A program made the translations under genes and the position numbers. Below the pieces are notes generated by a model. That model did no database searches. It worked only from the letters and a program-made list of their open reading frames with translations, and was not told the origin of the DNA. A stretch of 64,000 bases of DNA from the NCBI RefSeq assembly GCF_025526975.1, contig NW_026515673.1, positions 248,001 to 312,000 on the forward strand, written 5' to 3'. Source of the stretch: Fimicolochytrium jonesii (Eukaryota). Below are positions 37,095-49,480 of this stretch, in pieces. The stretch's first letter is position 1; each line of letters begins with the position of its first letter.

Positions 37095-39326
37095 TCATAT
37101 GTCGTAGGGCCACCCAACCCATGGCTTCTCGCCGACGTCAGGCACTTTCAGAGTTTTCCACCGCTCATCCTCCCCACTGTTCCTCTCGACTTTCGGCCGA
37201 TCCGGCAAAATCGTCATCGAAGACCGCTTCCTCACCACCTGCACCGGCGCGGGCACTCCGCCTGCACCATCCACCGCCGCCGTCACCTCATCAGCGGCAC
37301 CCAAAACCCCCATAAACCGCTCCCGCCAGACATCCTTCTCAACCCGCTCCCCAATAATAACCATATGCCTAACCACATCCTCCACATCATCCCAACTCGT
37401 CAACGGGTTCGCAATCACGATCCGGAACGCGTCCACGTCGCGGTTTTGGAAGCGGACGCGGGTGCGTGAGACGAAGCCGGTGAATTCCTGGGCGGGTAAA
37501 GGGAGGGACGTTGTGTGGGGTTCGAGGTGGGGGTCGGTGGGGGATGTGTCATCGGATGAACGGGCTGCGGCTTCGAGGCCGGCGGCGGAGGGTGTTCCGA
37601 CGGCTGCGAGGGTGGTTTGGACGCGACGGGTGCATTCAGCCACAAACTCGTCCTCTGTGTCCGTCAGTGGTTCATCTCCTTCATGGACTTTCTCGCGGAG
37701 GGATGTGGGGATATACCGGCAGAGGAAGATGTTTGTTTCCGGTGTATGCAGGGCCTGGAACGCTCCCGTGGGGTGTGTCCCGACCCTAACGCTCATCTGG
37801 CGGGCGAGGGTGGCGCTGCGCGTAACGAGGCATTCCAGGCCGTCGCGGCCGAGGAGGTTGAGGGAGGCGTGGAGGTGGAGGGAGGTCGCTGGGCGGGATC
37901 CCTCGAGGGTGAATTTGCCGAGGTCGAGGGAGTCGTGCCGGATGATGTAGTTGGCGGTTTTGCGGATCGCTTGTGCTGTTGTGGGGGCTTTGTAGAGGAC
38001 GAGACCGAGGCCCATGGGGGTGTAGAGCTGCTTGTGGCCGTCGATGGTGATGGTGTCGGCGTATTGGATGCCGGAGAGTTTGCGGCAGTGCTCGGTGGAG
38101 AAGATGAGAGGGCCGCCCCAGGCGGCATCAACGTGGAAATGGATCTTGTTGGAGGCGCACACCGAGGCGATACGCTCCAGAGGGTCGATGGACCCCGTTT
38201 CAGTCGTCCCTGCGATCCCCACAACCGCCACGACCAATATGTTTGCTGCTTTTAGCTCAGCCAGCCGTGTCTCGAGCTCATCTACCCGCATCCGGAACTG
38301 GTCATCTGCATCGATTGTGATCAACCCATCGTCTCCCAACCCAAGCAGATCCGCTGCTTTCTTGAACGAGTAGTGCATGAGCCGACTCCCTACAATGACC
38401 GCGCCTTTGTATCCGTAATACGACAGCGCTTTGTATAGCCCTTCCTTATCAACGCCCCTGAATCCAGCATCCGTCTCATTATCAGCAGGTAATGCCCGAT
38501 TCCGCGCGGCCCACATGGCGGTGATATTCGCAATAGTGCCTCCCGAGCAAAAGACGCCCAGGGAATGTTCCGGGCTATGAATATATTTCTGATAGAACGC
38601 AGGACACTCCTTGTAAAACTCGCGATGCAGCATCGCGACCGTTTCTCGTTCGAGGTACGTCATTGTCGACGCCGTTTCGAGCTTGACGACGTTCTGGTTC
38701 AGGGCCGCTAGTAAGCGGGCCAGTGGGCGGTGGAAATAGGGCAGGGCGGTGGTCATGTGGCCGATCATTTTCGGGGAGGAGACTCGAGTGGCTCGGTCGA
38801 CGACGTTTGCTTTGACGGCTTTGAGGTAATCTTCGGCGGATGTGCCGCTCTTTCCGACGGATTTGCGACGGAGTGGGACCTGGGCATTGTTGAATTTGGC
38901 TTTCAGTGATTCCGGGGTATCAGGCTGCGTCGCGTATACAGGCGAAGGCTCGGTGAGAAATGCATCGATGATGCCTGTCAGGTATCGATCGAGTTTCGTC
39001 TCTTCGTCACCGCTGGCGACAAAGTACTGCAGAACGGAATCGTGGTCCAAGTATGAGGCTCGTCTGTTTAGTTTCGGCGATGGTGGTGTGGGTGGTCGTA
39101 GATCGTCTATGGAACCGCCCTTTCGTCGCTTCTGACGCTTCGCATCTATTCCTCCTTTCTCGTCGCTCATCTTTTGCACTCCGCTGGGCGCATTGTACCA
39201 GAAAGGGAATTGTTCTGGGAAATCGTCGTCGTCGTATCCTTCGTCCGTATCATCGGTTTCCGGTGTGAGCGGGCGGGCGGCCGCCAAGGCCGCCTTTCTG
39301 AGGAGGTCCGAGGCGAGAAGCGGCAT
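37095..39326 (-). CDS. panP: Group II PLP-dependent decarboxylase, bacterial PanP (aspartate 1-decarboxylase) type; intronless
   Basis: MIGHMTTALPYF, ALNQNVVKLETAS, HSLGVFCSGGTIANITAMWAARN, GLYKALSYYGY, HYSFKKAADLLG, GIAGTTETGSIDPL, HFHVDAAWGG, DGHKQLY (PLP lysine) and DLGKFTLEGSR. Confidence 0.8.
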   Translation of the reverse strand: MPLLASDLLRKAALAAARPLTPETDDTDEGYDDDDFPEQFPFWYNAPSGVQKMSDEKGGIDAKRQKRRKGGSIDDLRPPTPPSPKLNRRASYLDHDSVLQYFVASGDEETKLDRYLTGIIDAFLTEPSPVYATQPDTPESLKAKFNNAQVPLRRKSVGKSGTSAEDYLKAVKANVVDRATRVSSPKMIGHMTTALPYFHRPLARLLAALNQNVVKLETASTMTYLERETVAMLHREFYKECPAFYQKYIHSPEHSLGVFCSGGTIANITAMWAARNRALPADNETDAGFRGVDKEGLYKALSYYGYKGAVIVGSRLMHYSFKKAADLLGLGDDGLITIDADDQFRMRVDELETRLAELKAANILVVAVVGIAGTTETGSIDPLERIASVCASNKIHFHVDAAWGGPLIFSTEHCRKLSGIQYADTITIDGHKQLYTPMGLGLVLYKAPTTAQAIRKTANYIIRHDSLDLGKFTLEGSRPATSLHLHASLNLLGRDGLECLVTRSATLARQMSVRVGTHPTGAFQALHTPETNIFLCRYIPTSLREKVHEGDEPLTDTEDEFVAECTRRVQTTLAAVGTPSAAGLEAAARSSDDTSPTDPHLEPHTTSLPLPAQEFTGFVSRTRVRFQNRDVDAFRIVIANPLTSWDDVEDVVRHMVIIGERVEKDVWRERFMGVLGAADEVTAAVDGAGGVPAPVQVVRKRSSMTILPDRPKVERNSGEDERWKTLKVPDVGEKPWVGWPYDI

Positions 39327-40569
39327 GCTTGGCGGCAATTGGACAGCTTAGTTTGGAAAGGACTGTGACGCGATTACGACGGCTTGGGTTGAAACTTTAA
39401 AGACGAATTGAGGATATGGAACGACCAAACGCTGGTTTCAGTCCCGTTGCGGAGGTGTGCTCTTCCACCGTCTTCTCCCTTCGCTCCGCGGCGTGGCCTC
39501 TCTTCTGGTGTCTGTTGTTTGTGCGGGCTGAAGGTTCACTCAGTTTTCCACGGTGACCGGCCGGCACAGAAGGCAAGGAGGATGCGAGGCGGAGAGGAAC
39601 AGAGAGGACGGAGAGGATCAGAAACGGGGTGACGGTGGCCGGAAGCCGGGGCTGGCAGCAGGTTCTATAAATATGGCTGGGCAGCGGAGTGTTGTGTGGG
39701 TGTTGTTTGGCTGCATGCAGCGCAGTCGCTTTGGCGGCGAGTCGGAAGGTAGCGGAAGACATCCACGGACGGAGCGGACGGGCTGCTTGCAAAAGTTCAA
39801 ACGCGCCTCGCCAAAAGGTGGGGCCATGTTGTCAGTGATGCATTCGACCCCACACTCCCACTACACGCTGCCTGTGGGTCCGCGTTCCTTTGACCCCGGC
39901 CGTCCGTCATCAACAATAGGATGGAATGAGATGACAGGAGGTCCAGTCTGTCCGTCTCATTAAAGTCTATGGAGCATATTCATCAAGTGGTCTGTGAGCA
40001 TTCGAAACTAAACCTTACTTATGGACATCTGTCCTTTACGGAAGCTCCGTCCAGATCCTCCCGAGGCATTCAATCCCACCTTCAAGCACAGCACCTAAGG
40101 AGCGGGCATGGGCTTACGTACTAACTGCAATTGGGCATGTGCGCATCGGAGAAGGTCAAGCTGCATGTAAAAAACAGTAAGCCTGGGGTTTGAGCATGAT
40201 GAGGAAGAGTGCGAGACGGAGGGCGCAGTCACAAAGCCCCCCCGAAGTCATACGCGTACGTAAGCAATGAATCCATATGGACGATCATCATGCTCTCTCG
40301 CTCCCATTGCCCATCAACTTGTCGGATTCAAAGCCTCGCTCCATCCTTCCTCCAACAAGACAAGACTCAACTCTCAGGCCTCGCTCCAAGATCCCTCACA
40401 AACGAGAGGAGCACCCCCACTTCGTTCAAGAGCAAGCAAGAGCGCCGGTTGCTCGCGCACACGCACGGAATAGTCAGCTCGCTGGCGGAAAGAACCGCAC
40501 CTAAATAGAAACCGGAAGCTTAAACACTTCGGACTCGATCACTGCAAGCTCCAAGCACTGGTGTGAGAA

Positions 40570-43212
40570 ATGGCGGCTCGTAGAAGTAGAGTGAGGGACC
40601 TGCTGCTCAACCCAGACGGCCAACCAAACCTCCTCGCAGCATCAATCGGAACAGCTCCAACCTCACCTGCAGCGACCTCAGCACTTCGGTCTCCATCAAG
40701 TTCACCCGTCCGAACGACGTCAACTGGACATTTCACGCCGTTAAACTCCCCAAATCGGAGTCTCGAGTTTACAGTCATAACGTCAAAGGGAAAGGTACCA
40801 TGTATCGTTCCCGACAATGTGGAACTAATCGACCTGTTGAAGGCGGCGTCGAGCAAGCTCGGTAGTGGTAGCGAGTTGGTCACGGCGCGAACGTTGGAAG
40901 GAAGGCAATGTGGAAACGACGAGTCCGTTGCCAGCATCCACGGGAAGGATCATGTCATCGTAGCGTTGTTTGCCGAGGAGGTCGAAAAAGTACCCGAGCA
41001 ATTCCAAAAGGCATTCGCAAAATTCCCATCACCGGCGAGACAGGGGTCGCTGAGCGTACCGACTGCAGCGGAAACAGCGGCGCTTTCAAATGCACCAGCA
41101 GCAGAGGCGCAGACGGAGAACGATGAGTTGAACGTCGTAAGAGGCCCAACAATCTCCGTGCCGGGAAAGCTGGGACGCAGGACGGCTGTGAGACGAAAGA
41201 CATCCGAGAGGAGGGAAGATCTATCTCCATCGCTTATAGCAGACCTCGACGCCGAGGAACAGGCACCTGTATCCCCACCGGCCGCGCACCGCCAATTTAC
41301 ATTACACGCTAACATACCATTGAGGTCGCCGCCTCGTCCACCGTTACCTTCACCGCCCCAAGTAGCTATCGCTTTACCGCCAGCTCCAACGCCGCCGCCT
41401 GTGTTTAGTGCTCCCTCTCCACCACCACCGCCGCCGCCACCAATGGTCAGCGCTTCTCCTCCGCCACCAACCCTCAGCGCTCCGCCACCTCCACCACCCC
41501 CACCGCCAGTACTTGGAGGTCCACCTCCACCACCACCCCCACCGCCGGTGATGGGAGGCCCTCCTCCGCCACCACCTCCGCCGCCCATGATGGGTGGGCC
41601 ACCGCCTCCACCACCCCCGCCGCCGATGATGGGCGGTCCTCCTCCTCCTCCACCACCACCACCGATGATGGGAGGCCCTCCTCCGCCCCCGCCGCCGCCA
41701 CCAATGATGGGAGGTGCACCCCCTCCACCACCCCCACCACCAATGATGGGCGGTCCACCGGCGCCACCTCCACCACCGATGATGGGCAGTGGCCCACCGC
41801 CGCCGCCGCCACCACCACCGGGTGCGTCCGCTCAACCAGCGGTGGAAGCAGAGCCCGTAGATGCACAATCTGCATTCTTGGCCGAATTGCGTGATCCAAA
41901 CAGGAGGAGGAAACTTCGAAAGGTCGCGCCGTCGGCACCAAAGGCAGCGGCTGCTGAACCGGCGAAGGTGGCCCCGAAAGTGGATGTTGAGGCGGAGAAG
42001 AATGACTTGTATATGGAGGTAAGATTTTTGTTGCGACAATGATGTACGATTGTGAAGCCGGTTCTGATTCCTGTGTATTTATATTAGATGCTGGGCTACA
42101 TGCAAGCCCCCGGCGGCAACATCGAAGATCTCCTAGAAAAGTGTCGATCGGCGACCAACACAGCTCGAGGGTTCCTATTCACCCTCGTGCGTCGAGGCTG
42201 GCTAGAGGGTTATCGCCTCACGGACAACCTAGAAAAGATTCCGGCGAAAGCGTGCCAGCTGTGGCCGGGGAAGGAGTGGACGAATGCGATTGATTTGCCA
42301 AATGCGAAGGAGACGGATTTTGCAGGGGTGGAAGGGGGGGAGTCGCAGGTTATGTTGCGAGGTATGTATTTTTTGACCGTGGGGTATCACGTTTCCTGGC
42401 TCTTGTACATCTGGCTCATTGTTCTCATCGATTTTGATGTAGGCCACCTATACCGCTTCGATGAATCCACCCAGAAACACACCCTCGACGAAATCGCCCT
42501 CACAATGGGCCCGCGCTTCCCCACGTCCCAAACCACCTTCTCCGAAAAAGAACCCCCGCGCGAGAACACCCTCGCCGCCCGGCAAGCCTGGGAACGCTAC
42601 CTACACCTCAAGAACCAGCACCAACAGCAAGATTTCCCGCAATACACGCTCATCACCACCAAACTCGCCGCTACGGACGCCTCACTGACGGCGACGTACC
42701 AACAACTCCTGGACACGATCGCGGACATCCGCGGCATGTCGGAAGCGGTCCAGGCGCTGTTTGCCGACGTGTCGGTGATGGAGTTACGCCGGATTGTGAA
42801 TAGCATCCCCGCGCGGATCAGCGCGGTGAAGCGGAAGTTGGAGCGGGACAGTGGGATCATCATCAACGATTCGGCGGTTAAGCTCACCCCCGAGTTTTTG
42901 GCCCGGGGGTTGGATAGCGATGCGGAGGTCAAGAAGATGGCTGCCGAGAAGGGGAAGCAGGGCAACCCGACGGCGGCTGCTGCTGCAGAGGGGAAGACGT
43001 CGTCCTCCACGCCCTCGTCATCATCGACATCGCCTACGAAGGAGTCGAAGGCAGGGGAAAAGGATGTGGATCGGCTGCTTCGCAAACCGACGAAGTTGCA
43101 GGTGAATGGGATCCCGGCTAATTTCTTGTTGAGTATGCTGAAGCCTGCTGTGGGGGCGAGGAAGGCGGCGGGGAGTGGAGATGGGGTGTTGAGGAGGGCG
43201 CCTACGATTTGA
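40570..43212 (+). CDS. Polyproline (FH1-like) + WH2 protein with ubiquitin/PB1-like N-terminal domain and unassigned C-terminal domain
   Basis: About 8 GGPPPPPPPPP(M/V)M repeats followed by WH2-like QSAFLAELRDPNRRRKLRKV. Introns 42019-42087 and 42362-42442. Confidence 0.7.
41400..41820 (+). repeat. Coding tandem repeat, ~39-bp unit encoding GGP9MM
   Basis: Repeated atgatggg(a/c/t)gg...cc(a/g/t) units with heavy synonymous divergence. Confidence 0.9.
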
Positions 43213-44559
43213 GCGCAGGCGTTCGGGAGGTTCGGAGGCTGGCATCAATGACCCGATGTGGGGTTTCATATAGTTTACTGCATAGCATAGTGGTGGTAGT
43301 GTAGTTGATTGAATGTAAGCTAGCGGCATCACATCCGATGCGCTTCATATCCAATATTTCCCGTCCATGGACGAAAAGGGGCATTCAATGCACGTCCACC
43401 CGGCCGTCCTGCTCGAAACGATCCGTGCGTGCTGCCCCCACCTTCCATCTTGTAGATTTTGGAGGCGGGTTTGGGGCACGCTTTGCCGACGGACCCTCCT
43501 TCCAACCCATACAGGATTGGTCAAGTCCGCCGTATATGACATGACAAATGCCCGAGTCCCATGCTACGCGTACAGGATGTCACACCGACTCAACGCGTTC
43601 AGAGGAAAGACATCCCGCTGCAAACCTCTCTGTGCGGTGCGGTACGGCTGCTGCTGACACGTTCCGTACGAGCCGCTGCCCCACGTTCAATTCGATGAAG
43701 AGGTACAGTACAGTACATATGTATCGTCGGCGTGCCCATGTCGCAAACCTCCGCCATATGGAACGGGGGGGAGTCACGGTCCCTCAACCGAATCCAAAAA
43801 AAAAATCATACGGAAGCGGTGTCACATCTATTGGACAGCCCTCCCGCTCCTATCCGTTCCTCTCCCATCACTTTCCTATATACAATCAACGAAAATGTCG
43901 TCGAACTCCCGCTGTGGATATGGGCAAGTGACGCGCCCACCCCTCCCCACGACGGAACGGCCAGACTCCACAGACCCTGATGATAGCACCGACCGAGTTC
44001 ATCGTGGGGAAGTTGGGTCGGATTTGAAATGGCGGACGCGCGCCGGAACCGTGGGGAATCGTCGCCTGCGCGCGTCCCGATGTCCACGCCCTGTGCAGAA
44101 TCGGGGAATGGGAGAGTTCCGCCGGTAGCACGGAGCTGGGGCAGGGCTTGGTCTTTGGTATGCGCTCGAAGCCATCAGGGAAGCGTCATAAACTGACAGT
44201 GAGGAGTTCTCGCGATGATGAGCGCAAGTGATCTGCACCCCCCCTGCGAACGGTTCCGCGATCGTTTCATCAAACAAAAAAAAAGGCCACACACAGACAG
44301 ACTGAGAAAGTACTCGCGGCTAAACCCCCCCGAGATTATTCCTGTCTGACGCTGGTGGGAGTGCCCGGCCATGGATTGTTCCTTGCTACGACCTATATGA
44401 TGAGGTGCTGGCTGGTCGTATTATGTGGGCAGTCACTGAGGAGGGACTCTTCGCAACATATTCTTCTATAAAGCAGTTTCGCAAGAACCTCCTGCCTCTG
44501 TAAAAAGAGTGATATAGGCTAGGGTTGTAAAAGGGAAAACACCGGCTGCTTTCGTCGTC

Positions 44560-47500
44560 ATGTCCGACAAGAAGAACACCTTCGAGCTGGTCGAGACCGG
44601 CAGCACCGCTGTCGATGTGCCGGGCACGCACGAGGAGTTCATTCCCGCGCAGATAGGCAAAGACGAACTCGTCGCCACGCCCACCGAGAAGCAAGTCCCC
44701 GTCGCCGCCGGCATTACCTCCACCGGTGAACCAGAAAAGAAAACCTTCTTCCGCCGCATGCTATGGAAGAAGAACCTCAACGACTACAGCGAATGCCCCC
44801 GGCGCGAGAACTCCTCATTCCTCGCAAAATGGACTTACACCTACATGGACGAAATGGTCGGCCGAGGCGCCCGTCGCGAGTTACGGCCAGAAGAGTTCCC
44901 CACCATCGAAGCCGTCGACGAGTCGCGGTACCTCTCCGGGCGTATCCTGGAGGAGTGGGACAAGGAGGTCAAGCTGCATGGCCACAGCGGGGCGAAACTG
45001 TGGCGGGTGGTCGGCAAGGTGTTCGGCCGCCAGTACACTATAGCGGGGTTCTGGTACCTGCTGGAATCGTGCTTCAAGATGGGAGAGGGGTTGACTCTGG
45101 GATACCTGCTACAGTGGTTCCAGGATCCGAATGCGACGAAGAGGGAGGGGTTTTTATGGGCGTTGGGGGTGTCGATTTGTGTCGCAATGCATGCGATCTT
45201 GCACCATGTTGTGTTTCTGCAGGGGATGAGGACGGGGACGCAGATTAGGGTTGCGTTCATTGCCGCGATTTACCGGAAGTGCCTCAACCTATCCGTGTCG
45301 AATGCGTCGTCGACGGGGTTGATCGTCAACCTGGTGTCCAACGACGTGCAGCGCTTCGAGGACGCCGGGCCGTTTGCGCATTACGCTTGGATCGCACCTG
45401 TCGAGCTAGCTATGGCGCTTTACCTCATGTACATCCAAATCTCATGGGCGGCGTTCCCGGCCATCGGGTCCCTGTTGCTGGTCATCCCCATGCAGACGGC
45501 GTTCGCGGCCCAGTTTGCAAAGCTGAGGAAGAAGCTCGTTGTCTTCCGTGACGACCGGATCAAGACCATCTCCGATATGCTTGGCGGGATCATGGTTGTG
45601 AAGCTGTACGCTTGGGAGATTCCGTTTATCAAGAAGATTGACGAGTTGAGGAACACGGAACTGCGATACATCAAGAAGGCTTCCGTGTTGCGGGCAATCA
45701 ACGAAGCTTTGTATTTTGCGTCGTCTAGCCTCACTTCTCTGTTCGCTTTCGTCACTTACTTTCTGATGGGAGGACTGTTGACACCCGCTAAAGTGAGTTA
45801 TATTGCACTTTCCAGTCTACCCTCCATACTCCACCGCATACTCACCCATGCATCTCATCTCTTCTCCTCCAGGTGTTCACCTGTCTCGTCTACCTATCAA
45901 ACGTCCGTCTAACCGTAACCAACTTCTTCCCCAAAGCCCTCCAGTTCACCTCCGAATCCCGCATCTCCCTCCAACGTATCGAAGCGTTCCTCGCCCTCCC
46001 CGACATGGAAACCGAAGAAGCGCATCACAAGCAAGTAGAGTTCATCGACACCCTCAACGACCCTACCATCATGGTTGCCGTGCGCAATGGAACCTTTGCC
46101 TGGGCTGGAGGGGTGCAGTCGTTGGAGAATAAGGAGGTTGTTCATCAGACGTTGGAGGAGGCTGCGGAGCAGGTCAGGCCGATCCTGAATAACATCGACC
46201 TGACGGTGCGGAAGGGACAGGTCATCGGCGTATGTGGTCCTGTCGGGGCAGGGAAAAGCTCGCTGCTCAACGCTCTCCTGGGGGAGATGTACTCATCCCC
46301 CGAAACGAAGCTGGGCCTGCGGTCACGTCGCCTGGCCTATTGTAGCCAGAACCCGTGGATTCTGACGGGGACGATCAAGGAGAACATCCTCTTTGGAAGG
46401 CCGTTTGAGGAGACGTGGTTCTGGGAGGTTATCCGCGCTTGTGCCATGGAGCGGGACGTCAGCCGGTTCGCCAACGGGATCGATACCGTCATCGGCGAGC
46501 GAGGAGTGACTCTTAGTGGAGGCCAGAGGGCACGTCTGGCGCTTGCCCGAGCGGTGTACTACAACGCCGACATCTACTTCCTGGACGACCCACTGAGCGC
46601 CGTTGACGCCAACGTCGGCCGGCACTTGTTCGAAAAGTGCATCAACGGGATCCTCAAGGACAAGGCGCGGGTGCTGGTAACTCACCAACTGCAATATATC
46701 CAAGGCTGTGACCACGTCGTGGTCATGGAAGGCGGGCGGATCGCTGGCGAGGGATCGTTTGCTGAGGTGATGAACACGAAGGACAGCGTGTTTGCGTCGG
46801 CGTTGAAGGATTTCGCGGAGAAACCTGCGGATATGGACAAGTCGCTTGAAGATGAGGAGGATATACTTGCGCCGGAGTCGCCGTCGGTGTCGGTTGACAC
46901 CAATACCACCTCTGTTGTCCCGAGCGCCCGGCCGAAGGCGGAGGACGGGAAGAAGGCCAAGACGCCAGACGCTACGGACGCACATACGGAGATGTCCAAG
47001 GAGACTCTTACAGTCGGATCCATCTCTGGCGACGCATACTACAAGTACTTCTCGTCAGGATCGTCGGTCCTCACTACTGTCACATTGATCATCATGCTCA
47101 TTGCCGGTGAAGCCATCATGGACGTCGGAAACTGGTGGCTCTCACGGTGGTCGCAATCCAACGAAGAGGGAAAGAGAAACGCTACCAACGCGTGGGTATT
47201 CACCATCTTCGTATTCGTAACCGTGGTAGTCAGCATGTTCCGTGCCCTACTCTTCTTCTTTGTGAGCTGGCGGGCCGGCAAAGTACTGTTCCAGAAGATG
47301 GTCGCCAGCGTCTTCAAAGTCCAGATGAGCTTCTTCCAAAACAACCCCCACGGCCGGCTCATGAACCGTTTCTCGAAGGATATCAACCTACTCGACGAAA
47401 TGCTGCCACAGACCTTCTTCGACTTTATCCAGTGTGCCTTCATGGTCGTCGGCACCCTCGTCATCAGCGTCGTCGTCATCCCCTACCTCTTGGTCCTCGT

Positions 47501-48875
47501 ACCCTTCATCGCCCTAGCGTTCTACTTCCTCCGCACGGCATACATCGAAACCTCCCGCCAAATCAAACGTATCGAGGCCGTCACCCGCTCCCCCGTCTAC
47601 TCCAGCTTCCCATCCACCATCGAAGGTCTGAGCACCGTGCGTGCGTTCAGCGCCGAACGACAGTTCGAGGACCGGTTCGTTAACCTGCAGAACGACAACA
47701 CGAGCAAGTACTTTATGTTCTTGAGTTGCGCGAGGTGGCTTGGGTTCCGTCTTGACGTTGGGAGCGCGCTGTTTTTGGCCGTTATTGCGTTCGCGGCCGT
47801 CGGGTTACGCGACTCGATGGGTCTGCGACCGGGTCTCATTGGACTGCTTCTCAGCTATGTGCTGCAGCTTACCGGTCTGCTGCAATGGTGCGTGCGGCAA
47901 TCCGCGGAGGTGGAGAACTACATGGTTTCTGTTGAGCGTGTGCTGGAGTACACCGACCTGCCACCAGAAGAAACGGAGGAGGACATCAAGCGGTCCCGGG
48001 CTGTGCACGCCGCCACCAACGGCCAGCCGCCAGAATCATGGCCGTCGGGCGGTGAAGTCAAGCTCTCAGGCATGTCGCTGACCTACCCGGGAACAGCCAA
48101 ACCGGTCCTCCGCGGCATCACCAAAACCATTCCAGCAGGAACAAAAGTAGGAATCGTGGGGCGAACGGGTGCAGGGAAATCGTCATTCCTCCAAGCCCTC
48201 TTCCGCATCGTCAACCCGACCCCCGAAGGCTGCGTCGTCATCGACGGCATCAAAACCTCCGACGTCTGTCTGCAAGACCTCCGTAGCCGGATCAGTATCA
48301 TCCCTCAGGAGCCGTTCTGCTTCAAAGGCAACCTCCGCTTCAACGTCGACCCGTTCGGCACCGTGCCCGATGACGTGATCTGGAAGGTACTAGGAGTTGT
48401 CGAGCTCAAAGATCGCGTGGCCAACGGGCCGGGCAAACTGGACGCGGAGGTTGCGGAGAACGGGGGCAATTGGAGTGTAGGCGAACGGCAACTCATCTGT
48501 CTCGCGCGAGCCATCCTACGGAACACGAAGCTGATCGTCATGGACGAAGCGACCTCCGCCGTCGATCTGCGCACCGACGCACTGCTCCAATCCGCAATCC
48601 GTGACGGGATGTTTGCCGACGCGACGGTGCTCACCATCGCGCATCGTCTGAACACCGTCATCGATTACGACCATATAATGGTGCTGGACGACGGATGTCT
48701 CGTTGAATCGGGCACGCCGTTTGAGTTGCTGGCCAAGGATGCGTCGGTGGAAGATGCGTGGTTTGCACGGATGGTGGAGGATATGGGTGAGGATGCGCGG
48801 GCGCACTTGCGGAAAGTGGCGGAGGAGAAGGAGATGTTGCGGCGGGACAGGGAGGCGGGTGTGCTGACGGAGTAG
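44560..48875 (+). CDS. ABCC/MRP-type full ABC transporter (MRP4-like, no TMD0)
   Basis: TMD1; NBD1 with GPVGAGKSS, LSGGQRAR and LDDPLSAVD; TMD2 with GRLMNRFSKD and RSPVYS; NBD2 with GRTGAGKSS, WSVGERQL, MDEATS and IAHRL. Intron 45793-45872. Confidence 0.95.
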
Positions 48876-49480
48876 GGGGGTATGAGATTGGACATTGGGA
48901 AGAATTAGGCATTGGGAAAATTATATCCTTGCCGTGCTGATTCCCGGTGTAGCTCTTGGACACTTGCTTAGCGGGCTCTGCGGCAGACCGTTTTGTAATC
49001 ATATCAACGGAGGCTTACAAGCCATCCATACTTTTTAAAGTCACCGCCTGCGATAGATTTTTTTGTTCACCTTTTGTATCTGCTACTTTCCTACCTAATG
49101 AATGTTACTGGACACTGCGTATTTATCTTGACTACATTATAATTGACGACCATGGCTCTTCGAGAGTGTAATGCCTGAGTGAGGGAAACTGGATTGACGG
49201 GTTTCACCGACCGACGCCACTTGAGAACACGCAAACTGCGCTCCTCGTTAAAAAACCGCTGCTCACACCCGACCGCCACTTGCCCATCATGACACGGCAC
49301 AACGAACACCACCTTACGCCCAACTGCAACACAACGACGCAATCGGCGGTCTTGGCAGTGTCTTGGCAGCACCGATTACAACGCCCGACGAACCACATAT
49401 AAACCCTTTCGGAGCTCGGCGTCCGGCTTCGCTATCCTTCCGTTTCTACCCACCCTCACTCACGTCACGAGCGTCCAAAA

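Noticed and set aside
37095..39326. Bacterial contamination or chimeric contig as the source of the PanP-like gene
   Set aside because: It is flanked by eukaryotic genes, shares the local C/G skew pattern, has eukaryote-like extensions and has no operon context.
41400..41820. CRISPR-like or satellite array
   Set aside because: The repeats are in-frame coding polyproline units with synonymous variation and no unique spacers.
40570..43212. Calling the polyproline protein a formin or WASP/WAVE
   Set aside because: No FH2 signature, no WH1/CRIB/WHD domain and no acidic-Trp C-terminus are visible.
43300..44550. ncRNA or small ORFs in the long intergenic region upstream of the ABC transporter
   Set aside because: Only an isolated TGATGA and short ORFs with no recognisable motifs; no tRNA cloverleaf or convincing C/D pair.
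19344..48875. Secondary-metabolite cluster made of tyrosinase, decarboxylase and ABC transporter
   Set aside because: The genes are far apart, separated by housekeeping genes, and there is no NRPS/PKS/terpene core.
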